Origin: Malacoraja senta
Taxonomy: Eukaryota
Length of the DNA: 60,000 nt
Direction of reading: 5' to 3'
Assembly (NCBI GenBank): GCA_038087875.1
Contig: CM075995.1
Span: 7,690,001 to 7,750,000 of the forward strand
In this document: positions 1-13,362 of the stretch, piece after piece
Layout of the letters: the number at the start of each line of letters is the position of its first letter
Position numbering within the stretch: the stretch's first letter is position 1
Translations under genes and position numbers: made by a program
Notes under the pieces: generated by a model
Database searches by the model: none
What the model saw: the letters and a program-made list of their open reading frames with translations, nothing else
What the model was told of the DNA's origin: nothing

Positions 1-2658
1 TCCTCCCACATCTCACGTCCGTGTGGGCTTGCAGGTTGGCTGGCTGCCATCTCTGGAAGTTGCCCAGAGTGTGCCGAAAGTGGGGTAAAACAGAACTAGT
101 GATCAATGGTCAGTGCGGACTCGGTGGGCCGAAGGGCCTGTTTCCGTGCTGTCAAATCTAAACTACACTAGAAAGTTCAAATAAATTAAGTTCATAAGTT
201 CGAGGAGCATTCGGCCCATCAAGCCTACTTCGCCATCCAATCATATCTGATGTATCTTTCACTCTCAAACCCATTCTCCTGCCTTCTCCCCATAACCTGT
301 GACACCCGTACTGATCAAGAATCTGTCAAACTCCGCCTTAGAAATATCCATTGACTTGGGCTCCACAGCTGTCTGTGGCAATGAATTCCACAGATTCACC
401 ACCCTCTGACTATAGACATTCCTCCCCATTTTTCTAAAGGCACGTCCTAATGCAATGGTACGTCCTCCTTTCTATTTCAAGAAATACTAAACTTCACGAA
501 CCATTCAAAGTTCCCATCATAGATGTTCACTTAAAGAAGATCAGTGAAGCCTAGATTATGATAAAATGGGAAAGGTTCCCTTTGGGGCCCTTGTACAAAT
601 GTCTCAGGACATTGAGTTACAGCATTCACAGCACTTATTTGATAAAGATGTAAGCAATCATAGAAACATAGAAAATAGGTGCAGGAGGAGATCATTCGGC
701 CCTTCGAGCCATTCATTGTGATCATGGCTGATCGTCCCCTATCAATAACCCGTGCCTGCCTTCTCCCCATATCCCTTGACTCCACTAGCCCCTAGAGCGC
801 CATCTAACTCTCTTAAATCCATCCAGTGACTTGGCCTCCACTGCCCTCTGTGGCAGGGAATTCCACAAATTCACAACTCTCTGGGTGAAAACGTTTTTTC
901 TCACCTCAGTCTTAAATGACCTCCCCTTTATTCTAAGCCAGCCATACAGCACAGAAACAGACCCTTCGGTCCAACATGCCCATGCCAACCAAGACGTCCC
1001 ATCTACACCAGCTACGGGTGCTGCCTGCATGGAGTTTGGACCTTCTCCCTGTGACCACGTGGGTTTTCTCAAGGTGCTCTGGCTTCCTCCCATACTCCAA
1101 AGATGTACAGGTTTGTAAGCTAATTGGCTGCGGTAAAATTGTAAATTGTCCTTGGCATGTAGGTTAGAGCTAGTGTACAGGGGGATCGATGGTCGGTGTG
1201 AGACCCCAGGAATCTAACTGGTAGAGGACATCCAAATTATTTGCAGTTCCAATTACTTGGAAGAGTCAGTTTTTTTTGCCAATTGAATTGGTGTCTGGAT
1301 TACAGCTTCTCCTACGCAATGTGGAGTTTATTAACCTCATTAGGTGCAGCTTATTGTCAGGCGTACCGAGGTACAGTGAAAAGCTTTTTTGTTGTGTACT
1401 ATCCAGTGAGCGGAAAGACAACACATGATTACAATCTAGCTGTCCACAGCATATGGATACAGGATGAAGGGTATAATGTTTAGTGCAAGATAAAGTCTAG
1501 CAAAAGGCTGATGAAAGATAGTCTGAGTTAGATGGCAAGTCAGGACTGCTCTCTGGTTGGTGAGAGGATGGTTCAGTTGCCTGGCTTTCGCTCGGTCTTC
1601 TTAATTAGCCACAACTGATTCGGCAAAATAAGTCTGAGATAGACACAGAGTGTTGGAATAACTCAGCGGGTCAGGCAGCATGTCTGGGGAAAAGGAATAG
1701 GTGACGTTACGGATCGAGACCCTTCTTCTGACTGAGAATCGAGGGGAAGAGGGGAAACTAGAGGTATAAAAAGGTGCAGAACAAATCAGAACCGGCAACG
1801 ATGGCCTAGGTTCCCACGATGGTGATAAAGGATTACAAACAGTGAAACCTACAAGACGACAAGGATGAGGGAGGTAGCCCTTAGTTATCACTCCCTCCAC
1901 ATAGATGCTGCCTGACCCACTGAGATACTTCAGCACTTTGTGTCTGTCTTCAGTGTAAATCGGCATCTGCAGTTCTTTCCGACAAAACTTTAGTTTATTG
2001 AACGGAGACGAGGAGACACTTTTTCTCACAGAGAGTGGTGAGTCTGTGGAATTCTCTGCTTCAGAGGGCGATGGAGGCAGGTTCTCTGGACGCTTTCAAG
2101 AGAGAGCTTGATAGGGCTCTTAAAGATAGCGGAGTCAGGGGATATGGGGAGAAGGCAGGAACGGGGTACTGATTGGGGATGACCAGCCATGATCACATTG
2201 AATGGCGGTGCTGGCTCGAAGGGCCAAATGGCCTACTCCTGCACCTATTGTCTATTTAATTTAGTTAGTTTATGATCACGTGTGCCGAGGTACAGTGAAA
2301 CATTTTTGTCGCATGCTAACCAGTCAGCGGAAAGACAATACATGATTACAAACGAGCAGCCCACGGTGAACAGATACATGATAAAGGGATAACATGAATA
2401 ACGTTTGGTGCAAGGTAAAGTTGAGTAAAGTCCGATCAAAGATAGTCCGAGGGTTCCAATGAGGTAGATGGTAGATCAGCATTGCTCGCCTGTTGTGGTA
2501 GGATGGTTCAGTTGCCTGACAACAGCTGGGAAGAGCTTGACAATAAGCCTGAAAATAAGTCTGACGTACAGCGCGATCGTCAATCAAGCACACATTGCAA
2601 TATTTTCTTGCAAGAGGAAATACTAAGGGAAAAGTCGATATCTATCGCAACTATTTAC

Positions 2659-2855
2659 CTGTAAAGTGACTATGTGCTCCGTTTCCTTTGCATGTCGCTA
2701 GGGTGTGGATATTGCTCCCGTGGCTGGGACTCATGCCGGGGCTGTTGAAAGCTCTCGGGCTACCAGGGTAGCTGTCTTGAGACTTTGGGCTTCGGCCTCC
2801 TAGACACCGTACTTCACTATCAGTTCCATTCACCATCTCTATAAACTGGCGGACT
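2659..2855 (-). CDS. RANBP9: RANBP9 coding exon 9 (end of CTLH plus Ser/Pro-rich linker); gene probably continues beyond position 1
   Basis: ttgttgccag|A GTC CGC CAG...TTT ACA G|gtaaat encodes [69 protein letters not shown]...[14 protein letters not shown] favours RANBP9 over RANBP10. Confidence 0.94.
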
Positions 2856-3069
2856 CTGGCAACAATACAAAGAGAAAACGGCTCAAAACTCTGTATACAG
2901 CACGGTACACCAGATTCATCACATACTTCTAATCCTCCGAGCTCATTAACTTGTGACAGCTTCAGCTTCACTTGCTTAAAAATGTTTTAATTTGGGTCAC
3001 TGATTGGAAATCATAACACTAATGTCAGTCAGCTTTTCCCTCTATGCGAACAAGGATCCTACATTGGTA

Positions 3070-3530
3070 CAGACAATAGACAATAGGTGCAGGAGTAGGC
3101 CATTCAGCCCTTCGTGCCAGCATAACGCCATTCAATGTGATCATGGCTGATCATCCCCAATCAGTACCCTGTTCCTGCCTTCTCCCCATATATGTACAAT
3201 AGACAATAGGTGCAGGAGTAGGCCATTTGGCCCTTCGTGCCAGCACCGCCATTCAATGTGATCATGGCTGATCATCGCCAATCAGTACCCTGTTCCTGCC
3301 TTCTCCCCATATCCCCTGACTCCGCTATTTTTAAGAGCCCTATCTAGCTCTCTCTTGAAAGCATCCAGAGAACCTGCCTCCACCGCCCTCTGAGGCAGAG
3401 AATTCCACAGACTCACCACTCTCTGTGAGAAAAAGTGTTTCCTCGTCTCTGTTCTAAATGACTTACCCCTTACTCTTAAACTGTGGCCCCTGGTTCTGGA
3501 CTCCCCCAACATCGGGAACATGTTTCCTGT
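3070..3530 (-). mobile_element. CR1 3' fragment with a tandemly duplicated 3' end
   Basis: The 3'UTR occurs at both ~3070-3190 and ~3197-3310; ORF 3282..3521 is the CR1 C-terminus. Confidence 0.85.
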
Positions 3531-4431
3531 TCCCGATGTTTCCTATGTAGAAAGGAACTACAGATTTTTTCATACCTAAGATAAGACACATAGCTAGTTT
3601 ATACCGAAGATAAGACACAAAGTGCTGGAGCAACTCAGCGGGTCAGGCAACATCTCTGGACCCGCACTCATAAGGTCATGTGATAGGAGCAGAATTAGGC
3701 CATTCGGCCCATCAAGTCTACTCCACCATTCAATCATGGCTGATCCATCTCTCCCCCCTAACCCCATTCTCCTGCCTTCTCCCCATAACCCCTGACACCC
3801 ATACTAATCAAATATCTATCCATCTCTGCCTGAAAAATGTCCATCGACTTGCCCTCCACAGCCGTCTGTGGTAAAGAATCCCACAGATTCACCTGCACAC
3901 TTCAGCGCTTGATGTCTCTCTCCCACATTGAAATCTCCAATTGCCTTTAATCGTCAGATGTTCTAGTTTATAGGACGGAAAAATGCTTAGTAGATTTTTT
4001 TGTTTAGGGTTCTTGTCACCTGCACCAATGTTAGAGTGAAAAGCTTGGTTTTGCATGCTATCCAAAATAATCAGGTAATATAATCATCAAACTCAAGTAC
4101 AATAGATAGAGCAAAGTGGAACATATAAAGTGCAGAATGTAGTTCTCAGCATTGTAGCTCTTCAGTTCCAAAGACAATGTCCGCAATGAGATTGAGGCGA
4201 ATAAGACAAATTCCAGCTTCAGGGACAGTTTCTTCCCAGCTGTTATCAGGCAACTGAACCATCCCATCAACAACTAGAGAGTTGTCCTGAGCTACTATCT
4301 ACCTCATTGGAGATCCTCGGACTATCTTTAAATCAGACTTTACCTTAACTTTGTTCCCTTTATCATGTATATGTACACGGTGGATGGCTCGATTGTAATC
4401 ATGATAGAGCACTTAATGATTGCGGAGTCGA

Positions 4432-4990
4432 GGGAGACCACACCTGGAGTATTGTGTGCAGTTTTGGTCCCCTAATTTGAGGAAGGACATTCTTGCTATT
4501 GAGGGAGTGCAACGTAGGTTTACAAGGTTAATTCCCGGGATGGCGGGACTGTCATATGCTGAGAGAATGGAGCAGCTGGGCTTGTACACTCTGGAGTTTA
4601 GAGGGGATCTCATTGAAACATATAAGATTGTTGAGGGTTTGGACACGCTAGAGGCAGGAAACATGTTCCCGATGTTGGGGGAGTTCAGAACCAGGGGCCA
4701 CAGTTTAAGAATAAGGAGTAAGCCATTTAGAACGGAGACGAGGAAACACTTTTTCTCACAGAGAGTGGTGAGTCTGTGGAATTCTCTGCCTCAGAGGGCG
4801 GTGGAGGCAGGTTCTCTGGATGCTTTCAAGAGAGAGCTAGATAGGGCTCTTAAAAATAGCGGAGTCAGGGGATATGGGGAGAAGGCAGGAACGGGGTACT
4901 GATTGGGGATGATCAGCCATGATCACATTGAATGGCGGTGCTGGCTCGAAGGGCCAAATGGCCTACTCCTGCACCTATTGTCTATTGTCT
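4432..4990 (+). mobile_element. CR1 3' fragment
   Basis: [13 protein letters not shown]...GYGEKAGTGY* followed by a cctattgtctattgtct tail. Confidence 0.9.
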
Positions 4991-5360
4991 TTTGAGTCTG
5001 TGGAATTCTTTGCTACAGAAGGCTGTGGCGGCCAAGCCAGTGGATATTTTTAAGGCAGAGATAGATAGATTCTTGATTAGTACGGTGCCAGAGGTTATGG
5101 GGTGAAGGCAGGAGAATGAGGTTAGATGGATCAGCCATGAATGAATGACGGAGTAAACTTGTTGGGCAGAATGGCCTAATTCTACCCCTATTCCTTATGA
5201 CCTTTTCATAAGATAGTTCGCGCAATTCCTTTGAACTAGCTTTAACATAGTGAACCGTGGAAGTATGCTTTTTCATTAGCCCAATCATTATCAAGCATAT
5301 ATTCAGTAAATATCCAGCAGCGCACTAGGAGTGATAAATGAAAACTTCATGCAATGCGGA

Positions 5361-5970
5361 TAGACACAAAATGCTGGAGTAACTCAGCGGGACGGGCAAC
5401 ATCTCTGGAGAGAAGGAATAGGTGACATTTTGGGCTGAGACCCTTCTTTAGACTGAGAATCGGGGGGGGGGGAGGGAGAGAGAAACTGGAGGTATGAAAA
5501 GGTTCACAGCAAATCAATCAGAGCTGGCACTGATGACCAAGGAAAGATGGAGCCCACAATAGTCTGAAGAAGGGGTTCGGCCCGAAACGTTGCCTATTTC
5601 CTTCGCTCCATAGATGCTGCTGCACCCGCTGAGTTTCTCCAGCACTTTTGTCTACCTTCGATTTTCCAGCATCTGCAGTTCCTTCTTAAAGCCCACAATG
5701 GTCCATTGTTGGTTGTGGAAGAGGTGATAACGAAGGGAGACATGGATGCAAACAGTGGAACTAGCAGGTCGACTAGGGTGGGGGAGGGGCGGAGAGGGGG
5801 GAGGGAATGCAGGGATTATCTGAAATTAGAGAAATCAATATTCATATTTGTAAACAGTCCAAGCGAAATAGGTGTCGTTCCTCTAATTTGCGTGTGGCCT
5901 CACTCTGACAGTGGAGGAGGCCCAGGTCAGAATGAGAATGGGAAGGGGGGGATGGGAATGGGAGTTCACC
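5361..5970 (-). mobile_element. Penelope-like element 3' fragment (endonuclease end plus pLTR-like region), containing an inverted short copy at ~5560-5690
   Basis: The minus strand has the degenerate GIY-YIG C-terminus (LGLLHCQSEATRKLEE..MNIDFSNFR) followed by the ctgaaga..gaaacgtc..cccgctgagttactccagc terminal repeat. Confidence 0.75.
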
Positions 5971-6233
5971 TCGTCAAGGAAAGTGCTGGTTCTTAATTAG
6001 TTCTGAACCTCTTCACACCCTGAGAGAGCTTCCCTCTCCCCTGACTCTGTCTGAAGAAGGATCTCGACCCGAAACGTCACCGATTCCTTTTCCCCACAGA
6101 TGCTGTCTGACCCGCTGAGTTACTCCAGCATTTTGTGTCTCACTTCATTGTGAACCGGCATCTGCATTTTCTCACAACCCTTCATGCACAGTAGCAGTAG
6201 TATGGCATTGTTAATAACTGGACAGCAGCTTAC

Positions 6234-6342
6234 TTTAACATGAAAAGGAGGTTGGATTTTCTCTCAAGTAGACCTGGATATAGTTGCTGCGTTGTTTCGA
6301 TTGCTTCTCCCATTCTTCCAGCCAGTACTAATTTCTGAATTC
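6234..6342 (-). CDS. RANBP9: RANBP9 coding exon 8 (CTLH)
   Basis: tctttcag|GA ATT CAG...ATG TTA AA|gtaagc encodes (R)[35 protein letters not shown](K). Confidence 0.95.
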
Positions 6343-6582
6343 CTGAAAGAAAAATTACGAGCTCTTCATTAAGAAAATGCAACATTAACGAGATTAATGA
6401 AATTAGGAACATCATTTAGTTTAGTTTAGAGATATAGCACGGAAACAGGCCCTTCGGCCCACTGAATCCATGCCGACCAGCGATCCCTGCACACTAACAC
6501 TATCCTGCATACACAAGGGGAAATTTACAATTTTACCAAAACCAATTAACCTACAAACCTGCACGTCTTTGGAGTGTGGGAG

Positions 6583-7110
6583 GACAATAGACAATAGGTG
6601 CAGGAGTAGGCCATTTGGCCCTTCGAGCCAGCACCGCCATTCAATGTGATCATGGCTGATCATCCTCAATCAGTACCCCGTTCCTGCCTTCTCCCCATAT
6701 CCCCTGACTCCGCTATTTTTAAGAGCCCTATCTAGCTCTCTCTTGAAAGCATCCAGAGAACCTGCCTCCACCACCCTCTGAGGCAGAGAATTCCTCAGAC
6801 TCACCACTCTCTGTGAGAAAAAGTGTTTCCTCGTCTCCGTTCTAAATGGCTTACCCCTTATTCTTAAACTGTGGCCCCTGGTTCTGGACTCCCCCAACAT
6901 CGGGAACATGTTTCCTGCCTCTAGCGTGTCCAAGCCCTTAACAATCTTACATGCATCAATGAGATCACCTCTCATCCTTCTAAACTCCAGAGTGACAAGC
7001 CCAGCTGCTCCATTCTCTCAGCATATGACAGTCCCGCCATCCCGGGAATTAACCTTGTAAACCTACGCTGCACTCCCTCAATAGCAAGAATGTCCTTCCT
7101 CAAATTAGGA
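6583..7110 (-). mobile_element. CR1 3' fragment inserted into an HE1-type SINE (SINE halves ~6417-6582 and ~7110-7250)
   Basis: ORF 6670..6975 is the CR1 C-terminus; the SINE tail lies to the left and the tRNA-like head to the right. Confidence 0.85.
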
Positions 7111-8216
7111 AACTGGAGATCCCGGAGAAAACCCACGCAGGTCACGGGGAGAATGCACAAACTCCGTACAGACAGCATCCGTAGTCAGGATCGAGCCTAG
7201 GTCTCAGGTGCTGTAAGGCAGCAACTGTGTCGCTCGGCCACCGTGCCACCCATTATGTTGACAATAACGTATGTAAGTACAGTTAAGAGTGTTACTAAGC
7301 TTAAATGAGATGCCAATTGAAGATCGGACTTGCACTTACCCTCACCTTTGGTTGGTCTGAAGGGAGAAGAGGGAGTGACCGGGGCGAGACTCAGCCCTGA
7401 TTCTGCTGGTGGCCTTGCTGAGTCAGCGTGAAGTGTAGATAACCGTCCAACACCATTACATATTCCACTGCAGGTAACTCAAGTATGGGCATGCCTTACA
7501 ATAACTTGCTCACGCATAAACAAATTCCTTGGGCACTATCCCAATCAACTGAGTTAAATGGAAAGTTTCCATGAATTATCAGTGTACAGTTTCAAGGTCT
7601 TTTTTTTTTTTTAACTCACAATTACCTGTGTGTGATAGAGACCCACAGTTTCAATGTGAACAATCCCATGTTCACCCATTTCTTAGCATATCTGCTTAAC
7701 ACATCGTTCATAAGTGATAGGAGCAGAATTCAGCCCATTCAATCATGGCTGATCTATCTTTCCCTCTCAATACCATTTCCCCGTATCTTCCCCATAACCC
7801 CCGACACCCGTACTAATCAAGAATTAATCTCTGCCTTAAAAATATCCATTGACTTGGCCTCCACAGCCTTCTGGGGCAATGAATTCCACAGATCACCCTC
7901 CGACTGAAGAAATGCCTCCTCATCTCCTTCCTAAAGGAATGTTCTTTAATTCTGAGGCTATGCCCTGTGGACCTGGACTCTCCCACCAGTGGAAACATCC
8001 TCTCCATGTCCATTCTATCCAGGCCTTTCACTATTCGACCCGGTCACCAGGCTTGATATCCTCTGAAATTTTTATTTTGACATGCCCCCCCCCTTTAATT
8101 TGGCTATTTACGTTTAGTTTAGAAATACAGCATAGAAACAAGCCCTTCGGCCCACCGAGTCCGTCCGCACTGACCTGCGATCACCTGTACACTCGTTCTA
8201 TCCTGCACACTAAAAG

Positions 8217-8541
8217 CCTTGTCCCACGGTACGAGTTCATTCCAAGAGCTCTCCCGAGTTTGCCCTGATTCGAACTCGGAGATTTACGGTAATGGCCACT
8301 CGTCGGTACTCGGGGCTCTCGTGGACATTTTTCAACATGTTGAAAAATCTTCACGAGTCTTCCCGTGCTTACCTGCCGTTAGCGAGTCTTCCCGAGTACC
8401 TGCCGTTAGCGTTACGAGCCGCTAAGAGACGTCCCCGAGCTCCGACGTACCCGCTACGTTCATTCTCCGTGCTTACCACGAGCTTGATTTTTTTTTAAAC
8501 TCGGGAGAGCTCTTGGAATGAACTCGTGCCGTGGGACAGGG
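8217..8541. mobile_element. MITE with 45-bp TIRs (PIF/Harbinger-like termini)
   Basis: 8217-8261 and 8497-8541 are reverse complements with 2 mismatches (ccttgtcccacggtacgagttcattccaagagctctcccgagttt). Non-coding, CpG-rich, inserted in an HE1 SINE. Confidence 0.85.
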
Positions 8542-9490
8542 TAATTTACAGAAGCCAATTAACTGACAAACCCGTGCGTCTTTGGAATGTGGTAGAAAAC
8601 GGGATCACCCATAGAAAGCCCACGAGGTCAAAGGGAGAAAGTCAGCGGGTGAGGCAGCATCTATGGATCGAAGGAAATAGGCGACGTTTCGGGTCGAGAC
8701 CCTTCTCGTCTGGGAGTGTGGGGGTTGGGGGGGCGGGAAGAAGAAAGGAAGAGGCGGAGACAATGGGCTGTGGGAGAGCTGGGAAAGGAGTGCTTTATCC
8801 CCCCCCCCCCAAATGTGTATAAAATCATGAGAATAGATAGCGTGAATGTATAGAGCATTTTACCCAGTGTCGGGGAATCAAGAACCAGAGGTGAGAGGGG
8901 AAAAGATTTAATAGGAACCTTTTCCCCCACACAGAGGCTGGTGGGTATATGGAATGAGCAGCCAGAGGAGATAGTTAAGGTAGGCACTATAACGTCATTT
9001 AAAAGACACTTGGACAGGCACATGGATAGGAAATATTTTAGAGGAATAGGGGCCTAACACAGGCATGTGGGACTAGCAGAGATGGGGGATCTTGGACGGC
9101 AAGGGCAAATTGGGCCGAATAGGATATGGGCCAAATGCAGGCAGGTGGGATTCTTGTAAACAGTAAACAATAGACAATAGGTGCAGGAGTAGGCCATTCG
9201 GCCCTTCGAGCCAGCACCGCCATTCATGGCTGATCATCCCCAATCAGTGCCCCGTTCCTGCCTTCTCCCCATATCCACTGACTCCAATATTTTTAAAAGC
9301 CCTATCTAGCTCTCTCTTGGAAGCATCTAAGAACCTGCCTCCACCGCCCTCTGAGGCGCATCTTGGTCGGCAAGGTCATGTTGGGCCGAAGGGCCAGTTT
9401 CTGTGCTGTTTGACTCTATGACAAATAATCTTGATATTTTGAATAATACCACAGAGAATATAATGAAAGCATAGTTCAATGTACACTCAC

Positions 9491-9603
9491 TTTGTCTATT
9501 TTTAATTGATGCTAGCTCCTCTTGAAAAGCTTGCCCCGTGGATCTGGCAAAGGCTTCCGCTGTGGCACAATAACCGTGATGCACTAAGTAAGTTGAAACC
9601 ATT
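9491..9603 (-). CDS. RANBP9: RANBP9 coding exon 7 (LisH)
   Basis: tttccag|A ATG GTT...AGA CAA A|gtgagt encodes [37 protein letters not shown]. Confidence 0.95.
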
Positions 9604-11489
9604 CTGGAAATGGAATTAAAGGGAAGGGTTAAACAGCCCACGATGAACAGCAATACAATTGTGGCATGCAATGCAACCCTAGAGACATTCTGGTAATAAG
9701 AGGACTACTCCGGGCCTATACAAGTGCAATAACAGGAAACTCTTACCAAACTTTTACTCAGTAAAAATAGTCTTGCAAAGTTTGTTTTTCTGCACATTAC
9801 ATTACAACATGCAGGTAATAGGTTTGAGGAAGTTAAGACTTTTGTAAATACATATGCAGAATCCATATGTATACACGCACACACAACGCAAAATTAACAC
9901 GCACACACAACGCAAATTTTCAGTTCACATTTCCCCCACCATCGGGAGCAGTGGAGGCAGGTTCTCTGGACACTTTCAAGAGAGAGCTAGATAGGGCTCT
10001 TAAAGATAGCGGAGTCAGGGGATATGGGGAGAAGGCAGGAACGGGGTACTGATTGGGGATGATCAGCCATGATCACACTGAATGGCGGTGCTGGCTGGAT
10101 GGGCCGAATGGCCTACAACTACAGCTATTGTCTATTGAGATTGAGAGATTCTCGATTAGTATGGGTGTTAGGGGTTATGGGGAGAAGGCAGGAGAATGGG
10201 GTCGAGAGGGAAAGATACATCAGCCTTGATTTGAATGGCGGGGTAGACTTGATGGGTCGAATGGCCTAATTCTTCCCCTTTAGCTTGTGAACGAGAAAGG
10301 GCACATACGAGGGAACACAGGCATCATATACATTGGGTGCAAGCATGCATAAGACACAAACAAGTGAAGGCATGTTCGAGAAACAGAATTAAAATAAAAC
10401 GTTCTCACACATGGAAGAGGCCGGTAAAAGGAACATGTGAACAAGGGGAGGGGGGGGGAAGAGGAGAATTTACTGCTTTAAGCGATAAAGAATGCATATA
10501 AACCGGATTGGATAATTAATACATAACCCCCAAGCAGAAGATCATCCTTTAATTAAACTTACACTCCAATTTCTGAGCTAATGCAACGGCACAGCTATTC
10601 TTAGCTGCAACCAAAACAATTGGGTTTGGAGCTGTGTAAACCTTGGGGAAGAGGGAGGGAGGGGGGGGGGGGGGGAAGAAAGAAAACAAGAGAAAAAGAA
10701 AGATTCCTTTGGATAGGAGAGGAGGGTTATTACAATTTCAAATTGCCTGCCCCAGAAATAGTTTCTTTATTTCAGTTATCAGTTTGGTTTATTGTCACGT
10801 GTACCGAGGTACAGTGAAAAGCGTTTGCTGCGTGCCATCTAGATTGTGTTCTTTCTAGATTGTGCTATTTTCCTTGCTATGCACCCTGTCCAGTCAATGT
10901 CTCCTGCTGAGATGAATTAAAAGGATAGGGCAGAAAGGTCTGAAAATGCAGTTTGTGGCTGAAAATTATTTTCAGTCTTTGCGATCAGATATCTATATGG
11001 TCATAAAAAATACTGAAATACGAGCACATACTTTGTACCGTTTAACACCAAGAAATACAATTAGGTTTAATAGATGCACAACAAGATACATCAAGTTGAG
11101 GTTAGTTCAGTTTATTGTCACGTGTACCAAGGTACAGTGAATAGCCTTTGTTGCGTGCTAACCAGTCAGCGGAAAGACAATACATGATCACAATCACAGC
11201 CAATTTGCAATCAACTGGTCATAAGGTCATAAGTGATAGGAGCAGAATTAGGCCATTCGGCCCACCAAGTCTACTCCGCCATTCAATCATGGCTGATCTA
11301 TCCCTCCTTCCGAACCCCAGGTTCTCCCCATAACCCCTGACACCCTGCACTAATCAAGAATCTATCTATCTCTGCCTTAAATGACCTGGCCTCCACAGCC
11401 TTCTGTGGCAAAGAATTCCACCATTTGAAACTTTTGTACGAACAAGACTGAAAAAGGCTAGTGTGGATCACGGTGAAAGTGTCACCTAC

Positions 11490-11674
11490 TTTTGAATCAT
11501 CGTTTGCCATTCCCCTTCGCGATCTCCTGCTGGGAATCTTTCAATCTGGGTCTGAGTCTTTGTTCGCCATTCTCGCATGTAGTCCTCTATATCAAAGACA
11601 AACGTATGCTGGCCAAAGTTAGCATCGATCACCTCCCCAGGCGTTTGCAGTCCGACTGTGGGATACAAATTTGG
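11490..11674 (-). CDS. RANBP9: RANBP9 coding exon 6 (end of SPRY, start of LisH)
   Basis: tctcttattcag|CCA AAT TTG TAT...ATT CAA AA|gtaggt encodes [62 protein letters not shown]. The [13 protein letters not shown] motif is RANBP9-like. Confidence 0.95.
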
Positions 11675-12330
11675 CTGAATAAGAGAAAAAAAGAGTCACT
11701 TTGCAAGCTTCAAACTCTTCAACTGGTCCAGTAGTTTAGTTTAGCTTATTAGCACATACTGAGGTACAGTGAAAAGCTTTTGTTGCCTGCTAATCAGTCA
11801 GCAGAAAGATTATACATGATTACAATCGAGCCATTCACAGTGTACAGGTACATAAAGGGAATAACGTGAATAACATTTAGTGCAAGATAAAGCCAGTAAA
11901 GTCTTATCAAAGATAATCCAAGGGTCTCCAATGAGGTAGACAATAGTTCAAGACTGATCTCCAGTAATTCCCTTGTCGACAACGATTATGTAAACATAGC
12001 AAATTTTGGAAACCTTTGATAGACACAAATTGCTGGAGTAACTCGGCGGGTCAGGCAGCATCTCTGGAGAAAAGGAATAGGTGCCGTTTTGGGTCATGAC
12101 CCTTGCTCAGACCGAGAGTCAGGGGAGTGAGAAACCAGAGGTGCAAAAAGGTTCTGAACAAATCAGAGCCGGCATCGATGACTTAGGAAAGATGGAGCCC
12201 ACAATGGTCCATTGTTGGCTGTGGAAGAGATGATACGAATGGATACAAACAGCGAAACTAGCAAAACTAGGGGGACAGAGAGAAAGGGAATGCAAGGGTT
12301 ACTTGAGATTAGAGAAATCAATATTCAAAT

Positions 12331-12635
12331 GGCGGCACAGTGGCGCAGTGGTAGAGTTGCTGCCTCACAGCGCTAGAGACCCGGGTTCGATCATGACTAT
12401 GGGTGCTGTCTGTACAGAATTTGTACGTTCTCCCTGTGACCACATGGGTTTTCTCCCAGGTGCTCTGGTTTCCTCCCACACTCCAAAAGCATACAGGTTT
12501 GTAGGTTAATTGGCTCCGGAAAAGATTGTAAATTGTCCCTAGTGTGTAGGATAGTGCTAGTGCACGGGGTGATCGCTGGTCAGAGTGGACTTGGTGGGCC
12601 GATGGGCGTGTTTCCGCGCTGTATATCTAAACTAA
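12331..12635 (+). mobile_element. tRNA-derived SINE, HE1/V-SINE type (full length; more than 15 full or partial copies in the window)
   Basis: Head has an A box (tggcgcagtgg) and B box (ggttcgatc); central ctcccacactccaaa...gtaggttaattggc domain; tail ...gggccga..gtttcc..ctgtatatctaaactaa shared with the CR1 second family. Confidence 0.85.
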
Positions 12636-13362
12636 GCAAGTACGATAATAAAAATAACAATTTCCACTGCAAAAAAGATCAGAAGCGAAAAAATTGTGCC
12701 AATTTAATACCAAATACGCTCGTTCCAGATTCCCAGTTTACAGATTATTCCAAGGCATATACTATCTTGAAACCACAACTGTACACCTGGGATTATAGTT
12801 TTTGAGCTACCTCAGAATGTTATTAGCTGATCAATAATCCCGGTGGAGAAAAGCAATTTTTCCCAGGCATGCTCAATAACAGCCCATCTCTATGAAACCA
12901 TCCTACACACCAAGCTGAACTTATTGCTTATGAGATGAACCAACCGTGCCATAGCTCATAAATTCAAGCTGCAGAACGAGTTTAATGGAACATGTTTCCA
13001 GACATGTGCCAGCTAGGCTATAATTCCCTTAACCCCTACAGGTGAAAAAAATAATACTGCAACTAGACTAAGTGGGACCCGTTGGGTCCCAGCATCACAC
13101 GGGAGGGCTGGTCCCCCAGGGCAATATTCCACCTCTCCACCAATTCCAATGTTGGTGGCCAGGGGGGGGGGGGGGGTTCTGAAGCTGTAGTATGGGTGTT
13201 GTGGGCTGAAGGGGCTGGTTTCCAGAGGACCAGCATGGACTTTGTGTGCCGAATGGATTCTTGGGCTGGAGGCTCAGTCACTCAAGCCTGTTGTGCTGGC
13301 AGCTCACTCACTCACGGCTGGTGGGCTGGCAGTTGACTCACGGCTATTCCTTGAAATTCCAT

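Noticed and set aside
481..660. Possible next RANBP9 exon in unique sequence near the window start
   Set aside because: I found no reading frame resembling the expected downstream RANBP9 sequence with credible splice sites.
12331..12410. tRNA-like sequences with A and B boxes (many copies)
   Set aside because: They are SINE heads followed by the V-domain and a LINE-derived tail, not stand-alone tRNA genes.
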